Of a stretch of DNA of 64,000 nt, positions 21,822 to 29,980 are shown piece by piece. The notes beneath the pieces were generated by a model. It saw only the letters and a list, made by a program, of their open reading frames with translations. It was not told the origin of the DNA and did not search any database. Source of the DNA: an uncultured Clostridia bacterium (GTDB taxonomy: Bacteria > Bacillota > Clostridia > Christensenellales > Borkfalkiaceae); contig CANROE010000004.1 of NCBI GenBank assembly GCA_947632195.1, forward strand, positions 31,183 through 95,182, read 5' to 3'. The stretch's first letter is position 1, and each line of letters opens with the position of its first letter. The position numbers were made by a program, and so were the translations under genes.

Positions 21822-23609
21822 ATGAAAAGAGCTATTTCGATCGCGATCGCGGCGATCATGGGCATGGGGCTCATGTTCGGCACGGGGTGCAGTCATAAAC
21901 ATGAATTCGGAGAGTGGAAAACGGTGGTGCCCGCCACTTGCGTCCGTGAGGGCAGTGAGCGGCGGGATTGTCGGATCTGCGATTTTTCTCAGACGCGCAC
22001 CGTGGAAAAAACAGAGCACACGACCGATCAATATTCCGCAGACAGCAGCAAACATTGGAAGGAATGCGCCGTCTGCCATAAACGGATCGACGAAAGCGCT
22101 CACACCTTTGAGGGGACCACTTGCACCGTCTGCCAATACGATAAGACGGGCACGGCCTCTCTTCAATACAAACAGAACGGAGACGGCTCGTTTTCCGTCG
22201 TCGGGGTGCTGGGAACGGCGCCCGAGGAAGTCGTCATTCCCGACTACTATGTGGAACAGGCGCCCGTCACTTCCATTGCAAAGGGCGCGTTTGTCGGGCA
22301 GGCTATCATGAAACAAATCAGATTGCCCGAGCATCTCGTCTCCATCGAGGACGGCGCATTCGACGATTGCAGCGCGCTGCAATCGATCGATATTCCCGCG
22401 TCCGTGACCGCAGTTTCCAATAATGCATTTACGGGTTGTCCCGCGTTGGAGTCGGTCACCGTCGCGCCCGAAAACGCGTACTATACGGCAGAGGGCGGCA
22501 TTCTCTATGACAAGCCAAAGACGAAGTTCATCTTTGTCCCCCCTGCATTGAAAGGGGAGCTCGTCATTCCCGAAGGTATCACAAAAGTAGGGAACGGCAT
22601 CTTTTCGGGTTGCGGTCTCGAAAGGGTGACCATCGGGCCGCAGGTAACGGAAATTGCCCTGCATGCGTTTTTGAACTGTAAATCGCTCAAAGATTTTGTC
22701 GTCCAGGGGAGCGAAACCGTCATCGGGAAAGCGGTGCTCTCGGGCTGCACTTCCTTGCAAAAGCTGGTGCTTGCAAACACTTGGCAACAGGGGCTCACCA
22801 CCCCGATGAGCGGCATTGTCTCTCCGAACGACCGCGCCACGGGCGACAGTTACATCGGCTACATTTTCGGTGCGGCCCTGTATCTCGAAACGGGTTCCGT
22901 AGTACCCGCCTCTCTCGAAACGGTGGAGTTTACGGGAGGGACGCGGCTCTATAACTACACGTTCTACTCCTGCGCATCTTTAAAGAGCGTGACCATTCCG
23001 TCCTCGGTGGAGGCGATCGAGGATCGGGTATTTGTCGGTTGCACTTCGCTTGCATCGGTGACGATCGCTGCGGAGAACCAAAAATATTCCTCGCAAAGCA
23101 ATGTTATATACAATAAGACGGCTTCGGGCGGTATTACAAGCATCAAATTTATCCCCGAAGCGCTCAGCGGCGACATTGTCATTCCGGAAGGGGTCACCGT
23201 TATCGAATCGGGCGCGTTCAGAGCGCGTGCGATCGAAACGCTCTCACTTCCCGCAACGTTGAGGCAGATCGGGTCGTACGCGTTTACGGACTGCCACTCG
23301 CTGACGGAAGTGACGATCCCCGATGACAGCAAGCTCGTCTCCTTCGACGACAACTGTTTCTCCACCTGCGACAATCTTCGCAGCATCACGATCCCCGCCA
23401 AAGTAACGGATATCGGCAGAATGGCGTTCGTCGGTTGCAGATCGCTGGCAAAGGCGGAATTCAAAGCGGCGTCGGGTTGGGTGCAGATCATCGACCGCGA
23501 CAACACCAAGCCCATTCCCGCCGAAGACCTCGCCGATCCCAATCTGGCGGCGCGGTATCTGACGAGCGCGCTTGGAGGCGGTTACAGCTGGCGTCGGGAA
23601 AGCGCATAA
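21822..23609 (+). CDS. BspA-type leucine-rich-repeat surface (lipo)protein with a Cys-rich N-terminal module
   Basis: Starts at the internal ATG (SD GGAGG) with signal peptide MKRAISIAIAAIMGMGLMFGTGC. It has CxxC pairs (CRIC, CAVC, CTVC) and repeated IP..V..I...AF.GC..L..V.I LRR_5-like units. Confidence 0.8.
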   Translation: MKRAISIAIAAIMGMGLMFGTGCSHKHEFGEWKTVVPATCVREGSERRDCRICDFSQTRTVEKTEHTTDQYSADSSKHWKECAVCHKRIDESAHTFEGTTCTVCQYDKTGTASLQYKQNGDGSFSVVGVLGTAPEEVVIPDYYVEQAPVTSIAKGAFVGQAIMKQIRLPEHLVSIEDGAFDDCSALQSIDIPASVTAVSNNAFTGCPALESVTVAPENAYYTAEGGILYDKPKTKFIFVPPALKGELVIPEGITKVGNGIFSGCGLERVTIGPQVTEIALHAFLNCKSLKDFVVQGSETVIGKAVLSGCTSLQKLVLANTWQQGLTTPMSGIVSPNDRATGDSYIGYIFGAALYLETGSVVPASLETVEFTGGTRLYNYTFYSCASLKSVTIPSSVEAIEDRVFVGCTSLASVTIAAENQKYSSQSNVIYNKTASGGITSIKFIPEALSGDIVIPEGVTVIESGAFRARAIETLSLPATLRQIGSYAFTDCHSLTEVTIPDDSKLVSFDDNCFSTCDNLRSITIPAKVTDIGRMAFVGCRSLAKAEFKAASGWVQIIDRDNTKPIPAEDLADPNLAARYLTSALGGGYSWRRESA

Positions 23610-23628
23610 AAGAAATCATATCGATCTG

Positions 23629-23661
23629 ATCCTCTGCGGAAAAGCGCGGAGGATTTTTTTT
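23629..23661 (+). terminator. rho-independent terminator after the LRR gene
   Basis: ATCCTCTGCG-gaaaag-CGCGGAGGAT (one G.U pair) followed by TTTTTTTT. Confidence 0.7.
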
Positions 23662-23688
23662 GCTAATTTTTTGCAAGTCAACCATAAT
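23660..23688 (+). promoter_or_regulatory. possible promoter of the 4-gene surface/ABC operon
   Basis: TTGCTA (23660-23665), 17-nt spacer, CATAAT (23683-23688). Confidence 0.4.
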
Positions 23689-23710
23689 AGGAGTAATGAA
23701 AGGAGCGGCT

Positions 23711-26700
23711 ATGAAGAAATTATTATGGCTTGAACTTTGCGCATGCCTTCTCTTGACCCTTGCGGGCTGCGCGGGCGCGCGGAAATATACGGTCACGTTC
23801 CGCAGCGGAGAAGAGACCGTAAAAACGATGGAGGCGGAAATGGGGGAGGAGCTCGACCTGCGGTATCTCGTCGAAGCGCCCAAAAAGCCCTCGGACGGAA
23901 CGTATGTGTATTTTTTTTCGGGGTGGAGCCTTTCCGAGGACGGCGAGATCGTAAACCGCCACACGGTTGCGGGGGACGTCACCTTTTTTGCACGGTTTTC
24001 CGCCGAGATCGCAGAGCCTCAGCCGCCCGAAAAAGAGCATACTCTCTTTCTGCATGCGCTCGGCAGCATCGAGGAGCGCACGGTCAAGGAGGGGGAGGAG
24101 GTGACCCTCTCCCCGCCCGCTCTTCCCGCCCTCGTCTCCTTTGAGAGATGGTATCGGGACGAGGCGTTCACGCAGGAGGCGGACATTTCCGTCATGCCTT
24201 CAAGCGATGTGCACCTCTATGCAAAATGCGCGCTCGATCTCCCCGAGGGAGAGCTCAGGGCGGAGGGGGATTTCCGCTACGGAGGAGAGAGCCGTGTGCG
24301 CATCGTCGGGCTTGCGGAGGCGGAGGGCCTCTCTTACAGCTATCAATGGCAGGGCGTTTCGGGCGAGGGCGACAGCGTCTCTCTCCAAACGGCAGGGGAG
24401 TATTCCCTCTCGGCGGAGATCACGGCAAACTATCTCGGGCTTTGCTCCGTGCACACCCTTTCCGGCACGTTCACGGTGCAAAAGAGGGCGTTGCAGGCCT
24501 TCGTCTCGGTGAGCGGTCCCTATGTCTACGGCGAGGAGGTTTCCCCCGCCCTGCACTGCGAAGGGCTCGTCAGCGGGGACAGCGCGGGCACGCTCGGCGC
24601 GCATTTCGTGTTTGCAAAGAGGGGGACGAGGGTCGCGCAGACTCCCTTGCCCGTCGGCGAATACACGGTGACGGCCGAATTTTCCGCTCTCGAAAATTAC
24701 GAGCTCGCTCCCGTTTCGCCTGCGGCGTTCACGGTGGAAAAACGTCCCTTGTCGGCGACCGTCTCCGTGGCCGATCTCACCTATGGCGAAGAGCCCGCAG
24801 TGCAGATCGTCTGGAACGGGCTTTTGGAGGGCGAAAGCGGCGCGAACTTGCTCAGCGAAACCGCCTATTCCTATCTCAAAGGCGGCGAACCGCACGAGGG
24901 CCGCTTTACCCCGGGCAATTATACCCTCACGGTGGATCGCGGGGCGCTGACGTCGGAAAACTATGCGCTCTCCGAGGTCAATTCCTGCACGTTCCGTGTC
25001 AAGAAAGCGGAGCTTGTATGCACGGTCACCCTTGCGGAGGAGAGCGTCGTCTACGGCGACCGTCCCTCGCCCGCGCTGATCGCGGAGGGGTTTGTCTATG
25101 GGGACGAAGCCGAGCTTTCCCCCGTGTTCCGCTACCACGGGGAGAAACAGGGCGACCCTCTTCCCGCCGGAACGTATGAGGTGACGGCGGAGATCGTTCC
25201 GCCAGAGAACTATGCGCTCGGCAGGCTTGTCCCCGCAACGCTCACGGTGGAAAAACGGCCGCTCACGCCCTCCGTTTCGGTCGGCGGCGAGTTTGTCTAC
25301 GGACAGACCCCCGCGCCGTCGCTCACCTTTTCGGGGTTTGCCGCAGGGGAGGGCGAGGAGCAGATCACGCGCCTCGACGGCGCGCTCTCCTTTACGAGGA
25401 ACGGCGCGCCCCACACGGAGACCCGTTTCCCCGCCGGCAGTTATACGGTTGAGGCCGATCCCGAGAAACTCTCTGCGGAAAATTACACCTTTCTTGCAGG
25501 CAACCGCGCAGAGTTCGCCGTGAAGAAGGCGCAAGGGCTCCTCGATGTAAGCGGCGTTCCGCGCGAATACACGTTTACGGGCGGGCTCCAACGGGTGGAG
25601 ACGGGCGCAACTTCCAACAACCGCGAGGACGGCGTGATCTCTTACAGCGGCAACACCTTCACGACGGTTGCGGAGGGGGAGGCGCTCGTCGTTACCGTCA
25701 CCCTTTCGGAGGGGGAGAATTATACGGGCACGAGCGCGACGGTCGAGGGCTTTACCGTGCACAAACAGACCCTCGGCGCCCTTCCCGTCCCTCTTCCCGA
25801 GATCCCCGAACAGGTCAACAAGATGGATAAGACGCTCGCCGACGTTGCGATCCCCGACCCGCGCTTTACCTGGAAGGCGGAGGGGGAATCGCTCGTACTC
25901 GGGCGGCACAGCTATGGGGCGGTGTATGACGGAGACCCCGACAACGTGCTCCCGTTTGAGACGGGGATCCCCTTTTCCACGCGGCGGGAAGTGCTCGACC
26001 TCTCCGTGACGGGCGGGGAGGCGGACTTTGTGCAAAATGCATCTCCTTCCGATCTCACCCTTGCAAGCTACGCCCTCACCGATGAGGAAGGGGTGCCCTA
26101 CGGCGGAGGGAGGGGGTATATCGCTTTTGCGCCTGCGGCGAGCTTATCTCCCGCAGTCGGCGGCACCTACGCCGTTTCCTGGACGTTCGTGCTCACCGAA
26201 AACGATTATTTCAAGGTGCGTTTCGCAGATCAGACGACGGGGGAGACGGTGCATGAATTCGGCGGCACGGTCCCTTTCAAGTGGAAAACGGTGGAACTGA
26301 ACGGGAAACTCTACACCTTAGAGGACGCCCTCGCTGCACTTCTCCCCCAACAGACGGCCACGGTGAAATACGACACTTCTTTCTGCACGGAAGATTTTTA
26401 TACGGGGGAGGAATATCACACGGTCAAGAGCGGCGCATGTCTGCTCGTACCCTTCTGCGAGGAGGATCAGGGGGAGACGCAGCAACTTACGCCCAACCGT
26501 TCCTATGAGGCCGTGTCGCCCGAGGGCTATGTTTCGCTCTCCCTTCCGGAAGGAGAGCTTGCCGTGGAGGGAAAACTCATCGTCAATGCCGACCGTGTGT
26601 CGAACTCCAATCAGACGAGCAATGTGCGCGGAAACGCATATGCGACGCTCACCATCGGCAGCGGCGCGCAAGTGACGGTCAAGGCGGGCGGCGTCTTTGA

Positions 26701-27679
26701 GAGCATGGGCTTTACCTGCGGCGAGGGCCATGTGACGGCGGAGGACGGCGCAACGGTGTACGAGCCCTTCTCCATGCCGGGCTGGAAGGGAGGGACCGTC
26801 TCCACGGGCATTCGCGGTACGGTGTTCCCCGTCAATCAATACACGGCGAGCAGTCTCATTGCAAAAACAGACTTCGAGGCGGGGGCTACCTATTCCCTCC
26901 GCGTGGCGGTCACCGCTTCAAACAGCGCGCAGAACGGACTGATCAACTTTGTCGGCAGGGAGAACGCCCTCATGCTGCTGCAAAACGGAAAGATCTCGAA
27001 ATATGTGGACGAGAAAAACGGCAGGGTGCATCTCGACGTTTTTGGAGATACCGTATTCGGCAACGTGTCCATTGCGGTGACTGTGGGCAGCGCGAGCACG
27101 TCGGGATTGCAAGTTCCTCTGCCCGGGCACTTCTCATTGGCGCTCAAAGAGGGAAGTATGAGAATTCCCGCGACCGTGGGGCTCAAACTTCTGCCGGGGG
27201 CAACTTTTTCCTCGGAGGCGGGTACCTCCTTTACGGTGGAAAACGGCGGAGCGCTGTATGCCTACGGGGAGGGCAACTACACTCTGTCGGGCGTCGCCGC
27301 TTTCGAGGACGGCAACCTCTCCTCCCTCAAAGCCTATCCCAACGGCTATGTGGCGGGGTGTTACAGAAAGGCGCCCGCGCTCGATTATTCGGCTTCCGCG
27401 CCTGCGAAAGTGACGGTGGGCGGCGCATTCACGGCGGAGGAAGGCGCCCATATCGGCGTGAATTTTTCGGGGAAGGAGGGAGCGCGGCTCTCTCTTGCCG
27501 AGGGCGGCGTGTACGAAAACATTGTCAAAGAGGACCACAGCACCACAAACGACATCGGCGGATTTATGAACTCCCTCATGGGCACGGGCGGAAAGTTCTT
27601 TCAAACCACGTTCACGCTTGCGGGCCTCTCTGCGGGCGGTTACCGGTATGAGAGCGGCTGGGTCGGGGAGGAAACATGA
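23711..27679 (+). CDS. giant surface lipoprotein: Listeria-Bacteroides-type repeats, about 6 MBG (YGx-type) repeats and a ~500-aa unknown C-terminal domain
   Basis: Starts at the internal ATG (SD AAAGGAG) with lipobox LLLTLAGC. It has FSGW..FFARF and RWY..LYAKC units. It also has repeated blocks of the form F.V.K..L...V......YGE/D.P.... Family names are from memory. Confidence 0.75.
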   Translation: MKKLLWLELCACLLLTLAGCAGARKYTVTFRSGEETVKTMEAEMGEELDLRYLVEAPKKPSDGTYVYFFSGWSLSEDGEIVNRHTVAGDVTFFARFSAEIAEPQPPEKEHTLFLHALGSIEERTVKEGEEVTLSPPALPALVSFERWYRDEAFTQEADISVMPSSDVHLYAKCALDLPEGELRAEGDFRYGGESRVRIVGLAEAEGLSYSYQWQGVSGEGDSVSLQTAGEYSLSAEITANYLGLCSVHTLSGTFTVQKRALQAFVSVSGPYVYGEEVSPALHCEGLVSGDSAGTLGAHFVFAKRGTRVAQTPLPVGEYTVTAEFSALENYELAPVSPAAFTVEKRPLSATVSVADLTYGEEPAVQIVWNGLLEGESGANLLSETAYSYLKGGEPHEGRFTPGNYTLTVDRGALTSENYALSEVNSCTFRVKKAELVCTVTLAEESVVYGDRPSPALIAEGFVYGDEAELSPVFRYHGEKQGDPLPAGTYEVTAEIVPPENYALGRLVPATLTVEKRPLTPSVSVGGEFVYGQTPAPSLTFSGFAAGEGEEQITRLDGALSFTRNGAPHTETRFPAGSYTVEADPEKLSAENYTFLAGNRAEFAVKKAQGLLDVSGVPREYTFTGGLQRVETGATSNNREDGVISYSGNTFTTVAEGEALVVTVTLSEGENYTGTSATVEGFTVHKQTLGALPVPLPEIPEQVNKMDKTLADVAIPDPRFTWKAEGESLVLGRHSYGAVYDGDPDNVLPFETGIPFSTRREVLDLSVTGGEADFVQNASPSDLTLASYALTDEEGVPYGGGRGYIAFAPAASLSPAVGGTYAVSWTFVLTENDYFKVRFADQTTGETVHEFGGTVPFKWKTVELNGKLYTLEDALAALLPQQTATVKYDTSFCTEDFYTGEEYHTVKSGACLLVPFCEEDQGETQQLTPNRSYEAVSPEGYVSLSLPEGELAVEGKLIVNADRVSNSNQTSNVRGNAYATLTIGSGAQVTVKAGGVFESMGFTCGEGHVTAEDGATVYEPFSMPGWKGGTVSTGIRGTVFPVNQYTASSLIAKTDFEAGATYSLRVAVTASNSAQNGLINFVGRENALMLLQNGKISKYVDEKNGRVHLDVFGDTVFGNVSIAVTVGSASTSGLQVPLPGHFSLALKEGSMRIPATVGLKLLPGATFSSEAGTSFTVENGGALYAYGEGNYTLSGVAAFEDGNLSSLKAYPNGYVAGCYRKAPALDYSASAPAKVTVGGAFTAEEGAHIGVNFSGKEGARLSLAEGGVYENIVKEDHSTTNDIGGFMNSLMGTGGKFFQTTFTLAGLSAGGYRYESGWVGEET

Positions 27680-28395
27680 CCGTCCTCAAAGTGGAAGAAC
27701 TCTGCAAACGCTATCAAAAGCGGGGCGAATATGCCGTGGAGAACATCTCGTTTTGCTGTGAAGAGGGGGAGATCGTCGGGCTCGTGGGGCACAACGGCGC
27801 GGGCAAGTCGACGACCGTAAAATGTCTCGAAGGCATGCTCCCCTTCGATCGCGGGCGGGTGGAGATCTGCGGGTTTGATCTCAAAAAACAGCCGCTTGCG
27901 GCAAAGAAGAATTTCGGATTCGTGACCGACGACCACGCCGCCTTCGTCCGCATGACGGGCAGGGGGTATCTCTCCTTTTTGGGGGACATTTACGGCGTGC
28001 CCACCCGCGAACGGAGGAGGCGGTACGAAGAGCTCGAACAAGTCTTTTTCCTCGGGCGGGCGATCGACAATCTCATCTCCTCCTATTCCCACGGCATGCG
28101 GCAGAAGATCTGCATGATGGGGTCCTTGCTGCACCGTCCGAAACTGTGGGTGCTCGACGAGCCCATGACGGGGCTCGACCCCTTTACCGTGCGCGCCGTC
28201 AAACAGTACATGCGCAGCTATGCGGGAGAGGGACATGCGGTCCTCTTTTCCTCGCACGACCTTCCCGCCGTCGCTGCGCTGTGCGACCGCGCGGTTTTGC
28301 TCAAAAAGGGGAGACAAGTGGATACGCTCCCGCTGAAATCGTACGGAAAAGAGGGCGAAAAGGTGCTCGAAGAGAGGTATTTCGATGAAAATTAG
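27676..28395 (+). CDS. ABC transporter ATP-binding protein (ABC-2 / EcsA-NatA-like)
   Basis: Walker A GHNGAGKST, signature YSHGMRQK and Walker B LWVLDEP. The ATG overlaps the upstream stop (ATGA). Confidence 0.9.
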   Translation: MTVLKVEELCKRYQKRGEYAVENISFCCEEGEIVGLVGHNGAGKSTTVKCLEGMLPFDRGRVEICGFDLKKQPLAAKKNFGFVTDDHAAFVRMTGRGYLSFLGDIYGVPTRERRRRYEELEQVFFLGRAIDNLISSYSHGMRQKICMMGSLLHRPKLWVLDEPMTGLDPFTVRAVKQYMRSYAGEGHAVLFSSHDLPAVAALCDRAVLLKKGRQVDTLPLKSYGKEGEKVLEERYFDEN

Positions 28396-29980
28396 GCTGT
28401 TTTTTGCTCTGTTTTGGAAGGAGGTGGAAGAGCGTTTTCGGGGAGCGGGAATTTTTGCGCTGCTTGTGCGGGCGCTGCTTTTGGGCGGGCTCGCGGCGGC
28501 GTTCATCTGGTTTTACATGAAGTTCGCGGCGGTCTATCTCGAAATCGGGGAGCGGGAGGAACGTCTGTTCGAGCTCTCCGCGCTCTCCGTAATGCTGCTG
28601 CTCGCGCTGATGACGCTCGGCGCGGCGACGGCGCTTGTGCGTTCGGTGCGTCTTGCGGGGGATCTCCGTCTCTATTCCGCTCTTCCCGTGCCGCACTCCG
28701 TGCTCCTTTTTGCCAAACTTTGCGTTCTCTGGCTTGGACGGTTCTTTCTCGGGCTCTTTGCTTTGACGGTGTTCGGCGTTGCGCTCCGCGTGCGCTGGGA
28801 GGGGATCGTATTCGCGGCGTTCGCGCTCCCGTTTACCGCCATGGGGCTGGGAGCGCTGCTCGCCTTTCCCGTGCATGCGCTTTTGCGTTTCTTTCGGGGG
28901 AAATTTCTGCTCTCCTTTCTGGCGGGAACGGCGCTCTTTGCCACAGGGCTCTTCCTCTATTCCTATCTGCTCGGCGGGGTAAAGGAACTGCTGCTCGGCG
29001 GCGATCTCAAATACTTTTTCGGGGAAAAGGTACTCGGCGGCATTGCGCTTGCGGCGCGTTTTGCCTATCCCGCCAACCTCTTTGCGCGCCTTTTTTTCGG
29101 AGCAAACGTCGGTTTGATGTCTCTGCTCGGCGGCGTTGCGCTCGCTTGCATTCCGCTCTCCCTTCTGCTCGCGCGCGGGCTCCTGCGCGGAGCGCTCTCC
29201 CCAAAGCCTCTGAATGAGCCCCGCTTTCCCGCGAGCGATCGGGCAAAGCCCAAGTTTTTCGCCCTGCTTTCAAAGGAGTTTGTCAACATCTTCCGCACGC
29301 CCGCATATGTCTTTTCCTACTTCTCTGTCGCCGTGGTCATGCCCCTCATGGTGTATTTTTGCATGTCCGTGGGCGGCTCTCTTCTCTTGCGGCTGCTCGG
29401 CGTGGACTGCTCGTTCGAGCTCGCCGTCTTTCTGACGCTCTTATACAGTGCGCTCACGAATGTATTCTGCGCCACCAATGTGAGCCGCGAGGGAAGGATG
29501 TTCTGCGTGCTGAAAGGAATGCCCGTCCGCGCGGGGCAGGTCTTTGCGGCAAAGGTGCTCTTCTGTATGCTCGTCGTAACGGTCTCTCTCCTCCTATCCT
29601 CGGCGGCGCTGTATTTTGCGGGCTATCTTCCGCTCTTTTCCGCGCTCCTTGTCTTTTTTCTCGGCCTTATGTTCTCCTTTGCGCAGGTGTGTTTCGCCAC
29701 GGATTACGATTTTTCGCACGCCCGCTTTCCTTCGGAGGCAGATGGCGAGGTGGGGGAAGGGGACGGATTTTCCCTGCTCTTTTTAGGCGTCTCTCTGCTT
29801 GTCGGCGGCGGGCTGCTCGCCGTTAAACTTGTGCGCGTACTCAGGTTCGGGAACTTTCCCGCTCTGTATTCCGCGCTCTTTGCGGGAGGGATCTGCGCAC
29901 TTGCCGCCCTGTTTTCCGCGCTCCTGCTCTTTTTGCGGCTGAATCAGCGGTACGATGCGTTCGCGGGAGGGAATGTATGA
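28385..29980 (+). CDS. polytopic membrane protein, putative permease partner of the ABC ATPase
   Basis: 531 aa, almost entirely hydrophobic helices (10 or more). The start overlaps the ATPase gene by 11 nt. No motif recognised. Confidence 0.65.
   Translation: MKIRLFFALFWKEVEERFRGAGIFALLVRALLLGGLAAAFIWFYMKFAAVYLEIGEREERLFELSALSVMLLLALMTLGAATALVRSVRLAGDLRLYSALPVPHSVLLFAKLCVLWLGRFFLGLFALTVFGVALRVRWEGIVFAAFALPFTAMGLGALLAFPVHALLRFFRGKFLLSFLAGTALFATGLFLYSYLLGGVKELLLGGDLKYFFGEKVLGGIALAARFAYPANLFARLFFGANVGLMSLLGGVALACIPLSLLLARGLLRGALSPKPLNEPRFPASDRAKPKFFALLSKEFVNIFRTPAYVFSYFSVAVVMPLMVYFCMSVGGSLLLRLLGVDCSFELAVFLTLLYSALTNVFCATNVSREGRMFCVLKGMPVRAGQVFAAKVLFCMLVVTVSLLLSSAALYFAGYLPLFSALLVFFLGLMFSFAQVCFATDYDFSHARFPSEADGEVGEGDGFSLLFLGVSLLVGGGLLAVKLVRVLRFGNFPALYSALFAGGICALAALFSALLLFLRLNQRYDAFAGGNV

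Noticed and set aside
24200-26035. 611-aa antisense ORF and several 100-340-aa alternative-frame ORFs inside the MBG lipoprotein gene
   Set aside because: Only the + strand frame shows a signal peptide with lipobox and a periodic domain-repeat structure. The others are Arg/Gly/Pro-rich shadow frames.
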